Positions 50,459-60,876 of a stretch of 64,000 nt of DNA are shown one piece after another. The DNA comes from an uncultured Dyella sp. (GTDB lineage Bacteria > Pseudomonadota > Gammaproteobacteria > Xanthomonadales > Rhodanobacteraceae). Under the pieces are notes generated by a model. It made no database searches, was not told the origin of the DNA, and was given only the letters and a program-made list of their open reading frames with translations. The position numbers were made by a program, and so were the translations under genes. Every line of letters begins with the position of its first letter. Position 1 is the first letter of the stretch. The stretch covers positions 3,370 through 67,369 of the forward strand of contig CBJMMB010000004.1 of the NCBI GenBank assembly GCA_966430775.1. Reading direction: 5' to 3'.

Positions 50459-52330
50459 ATGCGCCCGATCCTGCTCGCCCTGGTTCTTCTGATGATTGCG
50501 CAGCTGGCCTGCGCCAATGAATTCGTACCCGATTCATCCGGGCTGATCGTGCTCGCCTATCACGACGTGCGCGACGATGTCGGCCTGCAAGGCGACCGCG
50601 ATCCGGACGCCACCAGCACCGATCATCTGATCGCGCATTTCGATTGGCTGAAGGCCAACGGCTATCACGTGGTCAGCCTGGATGACGTGATCAAGGCGCG
50701 ACAGGGCGGCACGCCATTGCCGCTGCATGCGGTGCTGCTGACCTTCGATGACGGTCTGGAAAGCTTCTACACGCGCGTCTATCCGCTGCTGCGCGCCTAC
50801 GATTATCCGGCGGTGTCGGCGCTGGTCGGTTCGTGGATGGACATGCCGGCCGGCAAGCAGATGCCGTACAACGGCGGCCCCTGCACACGCGATTGTTTCC
50901 TTACCTGGGAGCAGGTGAGCGAGATGCAGCGCTCCGGCCTGGTGGCATTCGCCTCGCATACCTGGGACATGCATACCGGCATACCGGCCAATCCGCAGGG
51001 CAATCAGTTGCCGGCCGTGGTCAGCCTGCAGTACGACGCGCACACGTCCAGCTATGAAAGCGAAGCGGCATACGTGGCGCGCCTGCGCGAGGATCTGCGT
51101 CATAGCGCCGATGAAATCGAACACGCGACCGGTCAGCGCCCGCGCGCCATCGTCTGGCCCTACGGCGCCTACAACCAGCGCGCGCTGCAAGTGGCGGCGA
51201 GCGAAGGCATGGGCGTTTCCTTCAGCCTCGACGACGCCATTCCCGCTTCGCCGGACGATCACACGCTGCCGCGCTTGCTGGTGAGCGGCAACATCAGCGC
51301 CAACCGCCTTGGCTGGCTGATCCGCCATCGCTCGCGTATCGAACCGGTGCGCGCGGTGCAGGTGGATCTGGATTACATCTACGATCCCGATCCGGCGCAG
51401 CAGGAAAAGAATCTCTCGCGCCTGCTCGATCGCATCAAGCGCATGCATCCCAGCCAGGTGTGGCTGCAGGCGTATGCCGATCCAAACGGCGATGGCGTGG
51501 CCACGTCCGTGTATTTCCCCAATCGCCACCTGCCGATGCGTGCGGATCTCTACTCGCGCGTGGCGTGGCAACTGCGCACGCGCGCGCAAGTACGCGTGTA
51601 CGCATGGATGCCGGTGTTGGCGTTCCGCTTTCCCGATGCGCCAGACCTGCCTTCACTTGCCGGCGAGCCGAAGCCGGGTGGCGATCATTACCGCCTCGCG
51701 CCGTGGGATCCGCGCGTGCGGCAATGGATTGGCGACATGTATGAAGATCTCGCCATGCACGGCGACATGGCCGGGCTGCTGTTCTCCGACGATGCGTATC
51801 TTCGCGATACGGATCGGCTTGGGCTCTGGTCCGACAAGTCGCCTGCGCAACGCACCGCCGCGCTGATCGACTTCACGCACGAGCTCGCCGCACGCGTACG
51901 TCGCTGGCGGCCATCGGTGAAGACCGCGCGCAACATCTATGCACGCGCGATCCTGGAACCGAAGTCCGAAGCCTGGTTTGCGCAGAGCCTGCCCGCCTTT
52001 CTCGCCGGCTACGACATCACCGCCGTGATGGCGATGCCGCAATTGGATAAACAGGCGGACAGCGACGACTGGTATCGCACGCTGGTGGCGCACGTGGCGG
52101 CTGCGAGCCCGCATGCGCTGGATCACACCTTGTTCGAACTGGCGACGCGCGACTGGCGTACCGGCCAGCCAATCACCGATAAGGACATCGACGCGCGCTT
52201 CCGCCTGCTGCAACTGCAAGGCGTGCGTCACCTGGGCTACTACCCGGACGATTTCATTCACGATCACCCGCAGCTCGAAGCGGTCCGTCCGGCGGTCTCC
52301 ATCGCCGACTATCCCTATCCGGAGCGATAA
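50459..52330 (+). CDS. pgaB: PNAG N-deacetylase PgaB
   Basis: LAYHDV, LLTFDDG, ASHTWDMH, VWPYG, VDLDYIYD, GYYPDDF. Confidence 0.93.
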   Translation: MRPILLALVLLMIAQLACANEFVPDSSGLIVLAYHDVRDDVGLQGDRDPDATSTDHLIAHFDWLKANGYHVVSLDDVIKARQGGTPLPLHAVLLTFDDGLESFYTRVYPLLRAYDYPAVSALVGSWMDMPAGKQMPYNGGPCTRDCFLTWEQVSEMQRSGLVAFASHTWDMHTGIPANPQGNQLPAVVSLQYDAHTSSYESEAAYVARLREDLRHSADEIEHATGQRPRAIVWPYGAYNQRALQVAASEGMGVSFSLDDAIPASPDDHTLPRLLVSGNISANRLGWLIRHRSRIEPVRAVQVDLDYIYDPDPAQQEKNLSRLLDRIKRMHPSQVWLQAYADPNGDGVATSVYFPNRHLPMRADLYSRVAWQLRTRAQVRVYAWMPVLAFRFPDAPDLPSLAGEPKPGGDHYRLAPWDPRVRQWIGDMYEDLAMHGDMAGLLFSDDAYLRDTDRLGLWSDKSPAQRTAALIDFTHELAARVRRWRPSVKTARNIYARAILEPKSEAWFAQSLPAFLAGYDITAVMAMPQLDKQADSDDWYRTLVAHVAAASPHALDHTLFELATRDWRTGQPITDKDIDARFRLLQLQGVRHLGYYPDDFIHDHPQLEAVRPAVSIADYPYPER

Positions 52331-52332
52331 CG

Positions 52333-53583
52333 ATGATCAGTCACGCGCTCCATGCCTTGCTCGAATTCGCGTTCTTCTATCCGTTGGCGATGTCGCTGAT
52401 CTGGATGAGCGGCGGATTGATCTACTTCTTCCGCTGGGAACGGCGCGAACCCTCGCGCATCAAACCGCCGGCGCTGCCGTCGTATCCGCTGGTATCGCTG
52501 ATCGTGCCGTGCCACAACGAAGGCGAACACGTGCGCGAAACGCTGATGCAACTGGCGAAGCAGACTTATCCGTGCTTCGAGATCATCGCGGTGAACGACG
52601 GTTCCACCGACGACACCGGCGCGCAGCTCGATCAGCTGATGAAGGAAATCCCCGAGCTGCGCGTGCTGCACCTGGCGACCAATCGCGGCAAGGCGACCGG
52701 CCTGCGCGCGGCGGCGCTCGCCGCCAAGGGCGATTACCTGGTCTGCATCGACGGCGACGCCTTGCTCGACAGCTATGCCACGCACTGGCTGGTGATGCAC
52801 ATGCTGGAAAGCCCGCGCGTGGGCGCGGTCACCGGCAATCCGCGCATCCGCAATCGCTCCACCTTGCTCGGCCGGCTGCAGGTGGGCGAGTTCTCCTCCA
52901 TCATCGGCCTGATCAAGCGCGCGCAGCGTGTGTACGGGCGCATCTTCACGGTGTCGGGCGTGATCTGCGCGTTCCGCAAAAGCGCCTTGCACGACGTCGG
53001 CTACTGGAACACCGACATGGTGACCGAAGACATCGACGTGAGCTGGCGCCTGCAGATGCGGCATTGGGAAATCCGCTACGAGCCCAACGCGCTGTGCTGG
53101 ATATTGATGCCCGAAACGCTGCGCGGACTGTGGAAGCAACGCCTGCGCTGGGCGCAGGGCGGTTCCGAAGTGCTGCTGCGCTATGGCACGAAACTGTTGC
53201 GCTGGCGGCAGCGGCGCATGTGGATGGTCGCGCTGGAATACCTGGTGAGCCTGGTGTGGTCGTTCGACATGGCCACGATCGTGCTGCTGTGGCTGGCTAG
53301 CCTGGTGATCACGCTTCCTCCTTCGCTGCACGTACCCACCTTCATCCCGCAATGGAACGGCGTGGTGCTCGGCATGATCTGCATGCTGCAGTTTCTTATC
53401 AGCCTGCTGATCGACCGCCGCTACGAAGCCGGTATCGGCCGCAACTACTACTGGATGATCTGGTATCCGCTGGTCTACTGGATGCTGACCACCGCCACCT
53501 CCATCGTCGCCTTGCCCAAGGCCATTCTGAAACGCCGCGGCACCTTGGCGATCTGGACCAGTCCTGACAGGGGAATACGATGA
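52333..53583 (+). CDS. pgaC: PNAG synthase PgaC (GT2)
   Basis: VNDGS, CIDGDA, TGNPRIRNRSTLLG, TEDID, QRLRWAQGG. Confidence 0.95.
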   Translation: MISHALHALLEFAFFYPLAMSLIWMSGGLIYFFRWERREPSRIKPPALPSYPLVSLIVPCHNEGEHVRETLMQLAKQTYPCFEIIAVNDGSTDDTGAQLDQLMKEIPELRVLHLATNRGKATGLRAAALAAKGDYLVCIDGDALLDSYATHWLVMHMLESPRVGAVTGNPRIRNRSTLLGRLQVGEFSSIIGLIKRAQRVYGRIFTVSGVICAFRKSALHDVGYWNTDMVTEDIDVSWRLQMRHWEIRYEPNALCWILMPETLRGLWKQRLRWAQGGSEVLLRYGTKLLRWRQRRMWMVALEYLVSLVWSFDMATIVLLWLASLVITLPPSLHVPTFIPQWNGVVLGMICMLQFLISLLIDRRYEAGIGRNYYWMIWYPLVYWMLTTATSIVALPKAILKRRGTLAIWTSPDRGIR

Positions 53584-54029
53584 AAGCCGAATTCATCATC
53601 AACCGACCGCACCGCCAGCCGCCGCTGCAACGCACCTTGTTCACCCTCATCACCATGGTGGCGTGGACACTGTGGATATCGCTATGGCTACCCGTGCTTA
53701 CCTTGATCGCCTGGCTGCTCGGCCTGGAAGACGCCTTCCAGCAACTGGGCCTGATGCATCCGCTGCACGCGGCGAACGACTTGAGCATCGTGCTGTGCGT
53801 AGCGATCGTCTGCGTGCTGATGATGGGCTCATGGTCGCAATACAACCGCGTACGCTTCGCCGGCAAACAGCGTCGCCGCGGCAATCGCAGCGTGGACATC
53901 ACCGAGATGGCTCCTGCATTGGCGGCATCCGTGGAAACGGCGCAACGCCTGCGTGCGGGGAAGCGCTCGGTGGTTCACTTTGCGCAGGATGGGTGGATGT
54001 TTCTGGATGCGGGCGTTCACTCGGATTGA
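53580..54029 (+). CDS. pgaD: PNAG biosynthesis protein PgaD
   Basis: Two TM segments, WSQYNRVRF; ATGA overlap with pgaC. Confidence 0.88.
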   Translation: MKAEFIINRPHRQPPLQRTLFTLITMVAWTLWISLWLPVLTLIAWLLGLEDAFQQLGLMHPLHAANDLSIVLCVAIVCVLMMGSWSQYNRVRFAGKQRRRGNRSVDITEMAPALAASVETAQRLRAGKRSVVHFAQDGWMFLDAGVHSD

Positions 54030-54061
54030 GCGAGTGTTGCTTTCGCAGATCGATCGGCAAC

Positions 54062-54094
54062 AAAAAAGCCAAGGCTCGAAACCTTGGCTTTTTT
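54062..54094. terminator. bidirectional intrinsic terminator between pgaD and tRNA-Leu
   Basis: AAAAAAGCCAAGG-CTCGAAA-CCTTGGCTTTTTT. Confidence 0.9.
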
Positions 54095-54098
54095 CAAT

Positions 54099-54184
54099 TG
54101 GTACCGGTGATAGGACTCGAACCTACACTCTGTCGCCAGAAGCGGATTTTGAGTCCGCCGCGTCTACCATTCCGCCACACCGGC
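54099..54184 (-). tRNA. tRNA-Leu (anticodon CAA), 86 nt, CCA encoded
   Basis: Acceptor GCCGGTG/CACCGGT; D-loop GGAATGGTAGAC; anticodon arm GCGGA-CTCAAAA-TCCGC; long variable arm; GGTTCGAGTCC; 3' ACCA. Confidence 0.97.
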
Positions 54185-54198
54185 AAGTGCGAACGCCT

Positions 54199-54227
54199 AT
54201 TATGCCGGTTTCAATTGACCGGGTCGA
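54199..54227 (-). promoter_or_regulatory. probable tRNA promoter overlapping the 3' end of the upstream gene
   Basis: Minus strand TCGACC-N17-CATAAT. Confidence 0.45.
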
Positions 54228-54801
54228 GACTCAGCTTGCGGTCCTGGCGCTGGTAGCAGCGATCGCCGTCGGCGGGCTGGAACACGGCGCAGTGGGTCAT
54301 GTTGCCGGAGTAGATGTGCAGGCTCACCGCGACCTTGTCGTCGCTGGGGTTGCGGATGGTGTGGTATTCGTGCGGCGGAATCAGGCTGCCGGCGGAGCCG
54401 GGGCCGGCCTGGATCGAGCCTACGGGCTGGAAGCGGTACAGCCCGTCCTGGCCGGCGGCGGCGGGCAGTTGCTCGTACTGCACCACTTCCAGCGCGCCGC
54501 TCCAGACGCCTTCCACGCACCACATGCCGCAGTGGTCATGGATGGGCGTGCCCTGGCCGGGGCCCCAGGTCATGGCCACCACGCAATAGCCGTATTCGTC
54601 GCTGTGGTACAGCTCGCGGCGGGCGTAGCGGTCTTCGGCGGTTTCGAACACGCAGTCCGGCAGCCGGATTTCCTGGCCCTGGATCAGTTTGCACAGGCTG
54701 TTGCGCAGGCTGTCGGTGATGGCGGGCGTGGAGCCCTTGGTGACGGCGGTGTCGATCGCCTGGATCAACTTGTCGCAGCCGGGGAATGGCGTGGTGAGCA
54801 T
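54211..54801 (-). CDS. cysteine dioxygenase-family cupin
   Basis: YARRELY, MTWGPGQGTPIHDH, YHTIRN, AVSLHIY. Confidence 0.85.
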   Translation of the reverse strand: MLTTPFPGCDKLIQAIDTAVTKGSTPAITDSLRNSLCKLIQGQEIRLPDCVFETAEDRYARRELYHSDEYGYCVVAMTWGPGQGTPIHDHCGMWCVEGVWSGALEVVQYEQLPAAAGQDGLYRFQPVGSIQAGPGSAGSLIPPHEYHTIRNPSDDKVAVSLHIYSGNMTHCAVFQPADGDRCYQRQDRKLSLDPVN

Positions 54802-54925
54802 CGAATGTCTCGGTGGATCTTCAAGGTTTGCCGCACCCCCTGGAGGCTGGCTGGTTGACGCCGAAACGACGCTTCTCTGCTAGCCTTCCCCAAGCGGCGC
54901 CCGAACTGGCCTGCAGGGGGAAACC

Positions 54926-55243
54926 ATGGGTGTGATGGTGATTGTAGCGTACCGCCCGAAAGCGGGGTGCGCGGAGGAGCTGGAGTCTCTGGTTCGCGAG
55001 CACGTGCCGTGCTTGCGCGCGCTGGGCCTGGTCACGGATCGGCCGGCGCAGGCCATGCGTGGCCTGGATGGCATCATCGTCGAGGTGTTCGAGTGGAAAG
55101 AGGGCGCCATCGAGGACGCCCACAAGAGCTCGCGCGTGGTGGATCTGTGGGAGCGCTTCGCCGGCGCCTGTGATTATGTGCCGCTGCGGGAGTTGCCGGA
55201 GGCGGAGAAGATGTTCGCGGAGTTCAGGCCGCTGGTACTTTAG
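54926..55243 (+). CDS. small hypothetical protein (possibly dimeric alpha/beta barrel, ABM-like)
   Basis: GGGGG SD; VIVAYRPKAG..ELESLV..H, EVFEW; coding-like codon usage. Confidence 0.6.
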   Translation: MGVMVIVAYRPKAGCAEELESLVREHVPCLRALGLVTDRPAQAMRGLDGIIVEVFEWKEGAIEDAHKSSRVVDLWERFAGACDYVPLRELPEAEKMFAEFRPLVL

Positions 55244-55384
55244 GGGCGTTGGGTTTTTGCGCCCCAACGTATCGGGATCTCGTGGGTTGGGTGAATGCCT
55301 GAAATATCCCCACGTTTTCGCTCGATATGTTGAGCGAAATCAGCAGACTGTCCGTCCTGCACCTAACTTTCCCTATCTCCTCAT

Positions 55385-55453
55385 CGTCATTCCGGCGCAG
55401 GCCGGAATCCATGCTTCGTCTTGGCGATAGATTCCGGCCTGCGCCGGAATGAC
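55385..55453. repeat. CGTC-family REP doublet
   Basis: CGTCATTCCGGCGCAGGCCGGAATCC ... GATTCCGGCCTGCGCCGGAATGAC. Confidence 0.85.
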
Positions 55454-55481
55454 AATGTGGCTTTTCCTAGCAATACGCCAG

Positions 55482-56582
55482 TCAAAGACGCGCCAGAAAC
55501 CCACCAATCGCGCGGCTGTAATTCTCGATATCCACCAAAAACGCATCGTGGCCTTGCGGTGAATCCAGCGCCACGAATTCCACGTTGGCGCCGGCCGCAC
55601 GCAGCCCTTCGGCGATCTGTTCCTGCTGCTCCAGCGGAAACAGGATGTCGGTGCTGACGCCGATCACCAGCGCCTGTTCGATGCGGATGCGTTTCAGGCC
55701 TTCCATCACGCTGCCGTTGCCGTATTCGGAAATGTCGAACCAGTCGCTGGCGCGCGACAGATACAGGTAACTGTTGGGATCGAAGGTGCGCACGAAGCGG
55801 CGCGCGTGGCCTTCCAGATACGACTCCACCTGGAATTCGAAGCCGAACGGCTGCTCTTCGCGCTGGTCGGCATCCAGCCGGATGCGCGCGAAGCGGCCGT
55901 TCCATTCCATCGCGGAACGGTAGGTGATCACGCCGAGCTTGCGCGCGATGCTCATGCCGGTGTCCGGATAGCGCTCGTCGTTGTACTGGCCGCCGTTCCA
56001 GTTGGGATCGAGCCGGATCGCTTCGCGCTGCAGCGAGCGGATGGCGATGGCGAACGGTTGCGCTTGCGGCGCGGTATCCACGCTGATGTGCGTGCGCACG
56101 CTACCGGGGTGCAGCACCATGTAGCCGAGCGCGCTCATTCCGCCCATGGAACAGCCGATCAGGCATCCCAGTTGATCGATGCCCAGGCTCTCGACCAGCG
56201 CGTGCGCGGCGTTGGCGACGTCTTCCAGGGAGAGATCGGGAAAATTCAGCCGATACGGTTCGCCGGTGGCCGGATCGATCGACGCCGGGCAGGTGGAGCC
56301 CTTGTCGCTGCCCAGCGAATTCACGCAGATTACGAACCAGCGTGACGTGTCGATCGCCTTGCCGGGACCGAGCATGCCTTCCCACCAGCCGGGCGAGGGA
56401 TCTTCCGCATTGGAGGCCGCATGCGCGCTCGGCGACAGGCCGGTGAGGATCAATACCGCGTTGTCGCGTGCCGCATTCAGGCTGCCCCAGGTTTCGTAGG
56501 CGACGTGCGCGCAGTGCAACGTGCCGCCGCGTTTCATGGCGAACGGGGAGGGCAGGGAAAAATACTTGCGTGCATCGCTCAT
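55482..56582 (-). CDS. metX: MetX-family O-acyltransferase, probably serine O-succinyltransferase
   Basis: AYETWG, TGLSPSAHAA, PGWWEGMLGPG, GCSMGG, TDILFP, GHDAFL. Confidence 0.85.
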   Translation of the reverse strand: MSDARKYFSLPSPFAMKRGGTLHCAHVAYETWGSLNAARDNAVLILTGLSPSAHAASNAEDPSPGWWEGMLGPGKAIDTSRWFVICVNSLGSDKGSTCPASIDPATGEPYRLNFPDLSLEDVANAAHALVESLGIDQLGCLIGCSMGGMSALGYMVLHPGSVRTHISVDTAPQAQPFAIAIRSLQREAIRLDPNWNGGQYNDERYPDTGMSIARKLGVITYRSAMEWNGRFARIRLDADQREEQPFGFEFQVESYLEGHARRFVRTFDPNSYLYLSRASDWFDISEYGNGSVMEGLKRIRIEQALVIGVSTDILFPLEQQEQIAEGLRAAGANVEFVALDSPQGHDAFLVDIENYSRAIGGFLARL

Positions 56583-56643
56583 CGGCTAACGATCCTGCGT
56601 GATGTGGTGATTCACTGTTCGGGTATAGCCAAACTGGCTGGGT

Positions 56644-56785
56644 CGTCATTCCGGCGAACGCCGGAATCCAGTTCACATAGACGTCCGAAGGACACAAAAC
56701 CGTGTTGAGTGCTTCGCACCGCGTATTAAAACTGGATTGACCAGCTTCGCTGTTATAAAGCGCCTCGGCGTTCGCCGGAATGACG
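56644..56785. repeat. CGTC-family REP doublet homologous to 7539-7659
   Basis: Same arms and related spacer (CGAAG.ACACAAAACC...GTGCTTCGCAC) with an insert in the right arm. Confidence 0.85.
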
Positions 56786-56850
56786 CCGAGGTAAATTAGG
56801 CATCACGAAAAGTCATATGACTATGCGATTCAGGCCCATGCGCCGCAGCC

Positions 56851-57900
56851 TCAATCATGCACCTTGTCGATAAGCACCTTCACCGATGCCGTGTTGCCGA
56901 CATCGATCACCCCGCTGTCGCCCTCCAGGTCGCCGCTTTGCGCGATGGCGTTGCCGCTGTGGCTGACGCGCGCGCCCACCACCACGCGGGGAACCGAGGA
57001 AAGCTTCATCGATGGCACCATGCTCATGGCGTCGGTCAACGTAACGCTGGCCGGCGCCTGCTTCAGCTGATCGGCGCTGAGTCGCGTCACCGCAAGCGGC
57101 ATGGGCGGGCCATCCGGTGCGCGGGCGTAGACGAACAGCGTATCGCCCTTGGCTAGCCTGGTATCGAGCTTTGGCGATAGGGCGACTTGCACGTGCAATG
57201 CCGCGCCTTGATTGGTTGCGGTGGGGGCGCTGGAAGCGCTGGCTGGCGCGCCGCCGACGCGCGCATCGGCCAACGCGATCTGCTCGGCAACCGCTTGTGC
57301 GACATTGCTGCCCGGCTGCAACAAGGGCTGCAGTTTGCGCCAAGTGGCCGCGGCTTCCGCAAAGTGGCCATGCTGGAAATCGCTGATACCGAGCAGCCAC
57401 AGCCCGCGCTGGTTGTCGGGTTCCAGCTTGATCGCGCGCTCGAGCAGATCGCGCGCGCGATCGCTGATGTGATGATCGTCGCTGGCCGCCGAATCGGCCT
57501 GGGCCCAGCCGACCAGCGCGGTGGTGTTGTCGGGGCTGAGCTTCAGTATCTGGTCATAGGCATCACGAGCCTCCTGCAACTGCTGCATTTCCATATCGGC
57601 CTGCGCGAGCAGCAACCAGCCCTGGATATCGTTTGGCTGCGCGGCCAGATGCGCGCGCAATTCGTCCAGCGCCTTCTTGACGTCGACCTCCTGCGGTACG
57701 CCATCCAGCGCGGCCGGCGTGCCTACTTGCCGGTACAACAAGGCGGCGCCTACGGGAATCACCAGCGCGATGCCCAGCATCAGCACGAACAAACTGCGCG
57801 GCCGTCCGGCTTTTCGGCCATGCCGCAGCAGCGGCAGCAACAGCAGCACCAGTGCCACAGCGATCATCACTGCGGCGGCGATATAGAAAAACGGTTTCAC
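56851..57900 (-). CDS. ccmI: cytochrome c biogenesis TPR protein CcmI/CycH
   Basis: Two N-terminal TM helices, TPR region, LFVYARAPDGPPMPLAV C-domain; GTG start overlaps the ccmH stop. Confidence 0.85.
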   Translation of the reverse strand: MKPFFYIAAAVMIAVALVLLLLPLLRHGRKAGRPRSLFVLMLGIALVIPVGAALLYRQVGTPAALDGVPQEVDVKKALDELRAHLAAQPNDIQGWLLLAQADMEMQQLQEARDAYDQILKLSPDNTTALVGWAQADSAASDDHHISDRARDLLERAIKLEPDNQRGLWLLGISDFQHGHFAEAAATWRKLQPLLQPGSNVAQAVAEQIALADARVGGAPASASSAPTATNQGAALHVQVALSPKLDTRLAKGDTLFVYARAPDGPPMPLAVTRLSADQLKQAPASVTLTDAMSMVPSMKLSSVPRVVVGARVSHSGNAIAQSGDLEGDSGVIDVGNTASVKVLIDKVHD

Positions 57901-58367
57901 CAATCGTCCCCGTTGTCGGTCGGTGCGGCCGGCGTGCCGGCGTGGCTGCGCTTGCGGATGGTGTTGACGACCACGACACCGCCGGCGATCAGGATCAACA
58001 GCGGGCCGAACCACAGCAGCCAGGTGCGATGGTTGACCGGTGGATCGTAAAGCACGAAATCGGAATAGCGGTCCACCAGGTATTGCTTGATCTCGGCGTC
58101 GCTCTTGCCCTGCTGCATCAGCTCGAACACCTTGTGGCGCAGGTCGCGCGCGAAGTTGGCGTTGGAGTCGGCGAGGTTTTCGTCCTGACAGACCAGACAG
58201 CGCAGTTCGCCGGTGAGGTGTTGGAAGCGGAGTTCTTCGGCGTGGTCGCGGAAGGGGAGGGGGTCGATGGCCTGAGCGGATGCGTTGCTTGCAAGGAAGG
58301 CAAACGCAAACAGCAAGAAGGCGAGAATATACATCGCCGCGCTGTTTCCTCGGCTGGTGGCAATCAT
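57897..58367 (-). CDS. ccmH: cytochrome c biogenesis protein CcmH (CycL); start may be 58334
   Basis: LRCLVCQ, RYSDFVLYDPP. Confidence 0.92.
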   Translation of the reverse strand: MIATSRGNSAAMYILAFLLFAFAFLASNASAQAIDPLPFRDHAEELRFQHLTGELRCLVCQDENLADSNANFARDLRHKVFELMQQGKSDAEIKQYLVDRYSDFVLYDPPVNHRTWLLWFGPLLILIAGGVVVVNTIRKRSHAGTPAAPTDNGDDW

Positions 58368-58906
58368 GGCATCCCCTTCTGCAACGCCTCGATCGCCGGC
58401 TTCACCTGTTGCGCAATCACCTGCGGCGTCAGCGGCCCGATGTGCTTGTAGCGGATCACGCCCTGCGCATCGATCAGGAAGGTTTCCGGCGCGCCGTATA
58501 CGCCGAAGTCGATCGCGGTATGGCCACTGGTGTCGGCGATCACCATGTCATACGGATTGCCGTGCTGCGACAGCCACGCCTTGGCGTCGTTGGGATCGTC
58601 CTTATAGTTGTAGCCGATCAACGGCACGCCGAGGTTTTTCGATTCGAGCATCAGCACCGGATGTTCTTCACCGCAGGCGATGCACCAGCTGGCGAACACG
58701 TTCACCAGGTAAATCTTGCCCAGCATCGACGCCTTGCTCACCGTCTGCGCGGGTTCATCCAATTTTGGCAATGCGTAAGCGGGTGCGGGTTTGTTGATCA
58801 ATGGCGAGGGCACGGCGGTGGGATCGTGCGCGCTGTTCCACCAGATGCCGAAGCCAAGCAGTGCAGCCAGCAGCACGAACGCGAAGAACGGCAGCAGGCG
58901 GCTCAT
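58364..58906 (-). CDS. ccmG: thiol:disulfide interchange protein CcmG/DsbE
   Basis: PSPLINKPAP, FASWCIAC, GVYGAPETF. Confidence 0.93.
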   Translation of the reverse strand: MSRLLPFFAFVLLAALLGFGIWWNSAHDPTAVPSPLINKPAPAYALPKLDEPAQTVSKASMLGKIYLVNVFASWCIACGEEHPVLMLESKNLGVPLIGYNYKDDPNDAKAWLSQHGNPYDMVIADTSGHTAIDFGVYGAPETFLIDAQGVIRYKHIGPLTPQVIAQQVKPAIEALQKGMP

Positions 58907-60876
58907 GCCTGCGACTCCTTCAGCGTCACGCTGGCGGGCTGTGCGGCTTCCGCTTCACGCTTCAGGCGGAAGCGGCGATCGGCAGCGCTGACGAAACCGC
59001 CCAGCATCATCAACAAGCCACCACCCCAGATCCAGCGGATGAATGGCTTGGTGTATAGGCGCAACGCCCATGCGCCTTCGACATGGTTCGGATCCATCGG
59101 CTCGCCCAGCGCGACGTAGATATCGCGCGTGACGCCGGGATCGATCGCCGAGGTGGTCTGCACCTGCTCGCGCGCATACGTGCGTTTCTGCGGATGCATC
59201 ACTGCGACGGGTGAACCGTTACGCGTGACGGTGACGACACCTTGTTCGGCCGTCCAGTTCGGACCGGTGGCTTCGGTGACACCATCGAAGCGGAATTCAT
59301 AGCCGCCGATCGCTGCCACTTGTCCCGGCGACAGGCGCACGTCACGCGTGACGCTGAGCGATTCGGACAGCATCACGCCGATCAGGAACACCGCCACGCC
59401 CACGTGCGCCAACAACATGCCGGTCATCTCGGCGGGATAGCGGCGGCCGGCGGGCATCTCACGCCAGCGCTTGATCACGTACAGCGCCACGCCCACGCCC
59501 ACCCACACTGCGCTGGCCACGCCGGCGATCGCCTTGAGCTGGCCCTGCACGAAAAACGCGGCTACCAATGCGCAAGCAACCGCGGCGACGGCCACCCGCA
59601 CCAGCACCTGTTTGAGCACCGGCAGCTCGCTCTTGCCCCAGCGCAAATAGGGGCCGAACGGCAGCAACAGCACCACCGGCAGCATCAACAACGGAAACAG
59701 CAGGCCGAAGTAGGGCGGACCGACCGAGATCTTGCCCAGGTTCAGCGCATCGCCCAGCAACGGAAACAGTGTGCCGAGCAGCACCATCGCTGCGGCCACG
59801 GTGAACATCAAGTTGCCTACCAGGATGGCGCTTTCGCGCGAGATCAGCGCAAACGCCTTGCCGCCGGCCACCTTGGGCGCGCGCAAGGCGTACAACAGCA
59901 GCGAGCCGCCGACGACCGCCGCCAGAAAACAAAGGATGTACGTACCGCGGCGCGGATCGGACGCGAACGCATGCACCGACGTGAGAATGCCCGAGCGCAC
60001 CAGGAAGGTGCCGAGCAGCGACAGCGAGAAGGCAAACAACGAAAGCAGGATCGTCCACGCGCGCAGCGAGCCGCGTTTCTCCGTCACCGCCTGCGCGTGA
60101 ATCAGCGCGACGCCGACCAGCCACGGCATGAAGCTGGCGTTCTCCACCGGATCCCAGAACCACCAGCCGCCCCAGCCCAGCTCCGCATACGCCCACCAGC
60201 TGCCGGCGACGATGCCGCAGGAAAGAAAACCCCACGCCGCATTCGTCCACGGCCGCGCCCAGCGCACCCAGGCTTGCTCCATCGAACCGCCGAGCAGCGC
60301 CGCGATGGAAAACGCGAACGCCACCGAAAAGCCCACGTAGCCCATGTACAGCACGGGCGGATGGAAGGTCATGCCGGGATCTTGCAGAACGGGATTCAGA
60401 TCGCCGCCATCGGCCGGCATCGGCAGCAGCCGCGCGAACGGATTGGAGGTGAACAGGATGAAGCAGAGGAAGCCGGTCGAAATGATGCCGAGCACCGCCA
60501 GCACGCGCGCCAGGAATGCTTCGGGCAAGCGGCGGCTGAGCAACACCAGCGCCAGCGTCCACACGTTGAGGATCAACACCCACAACAGCATCGAACCTTC
60601 GTGCGCGCCCCACACTGCGGCGACGCGGTAATACCACGGTAACTGCAGATTCGAATTGGTGGCGACGTACAGCACCGAAAAATCGAAATGCACAAATGCC
60701 CATACCAGGATGGCGAACGCCAGGCCGACGAACACGGCCTGCCCGGTGGCGGCCGGCCGCGCGATCGCCATTAAGGCGCGATTACCGCGCCATGCGCCGA
60801 TCAGCGGCAGCACGCTTTGGGCGACCGCCAGAAAAAGCGCGAGGATCAGCGCAAGTTGACCAAGTTCGGGCGTCAT
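58903..60876 (-). CDS. ccmF: heme lyase CcmF
   Basis: [40 protein letters not shown]. Confidence 0.96.
   Translation of the reverse strand: MTPELGQLALILALFLAVAQSVLPLIGAWRGNRALMAIARPAATGQAVFVGLAFAILVWAFVHFDFSVLYVATNSNLQLPWYYRVAAVWGAHEGSMLLWVLILNVWTLALVLLSRRLPEAFLARVLAVLGIISTGFLCFILFTSNPFARLLPMPADGGDLNPVLQDPGMTFHPPVLYMGYVGFSVAFAFSIAALLGGSMEQAWVRWARPWTNAAWGFLSCGIVAGSWWAYAELGWGGWWFWDPVENASFMPWLVGVALIHAQAVTEKRGSLRAWTILLSLFAFSLSLLGTFLVRSGILTSVHAFASDPRRGTYILCFLAAVVGGSLLLYALRAPKVAGGKAFALISRESAILVGNLMFTVAAAMVLLGTLFPLLGDALNLGKISVGPPYFGLLFPLLMLPVVLLLPFGPYLRWGKSELPVLKQVLVRVAVAAVACALVAAFFVQGQLKAIAGVASAVWVGVGVALYVIKRWREMPAGRRYPAEMTGMLLAHVGVAVFLIGVMLSESLSVTRDVRLSPGQVAAIGGYEFRFDGVTEATGPNWTAEQGVVTVTRNGSPVAVMHPQKRTYAREQVQTTSAIDPGVTRDIYVALGEPMDPNHVEGAWALRLYTKPFIRWIWGGGLLMMLGGFVSAADRRFRLKREAEAAQPASVTLKESQA

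Noticed and set aside
54099-54184. Prophage or island attachment site at tRNA-Leu
   Set aside because: No duplicate of the tRNA 3' end was noticed in the window and no integrase is present.
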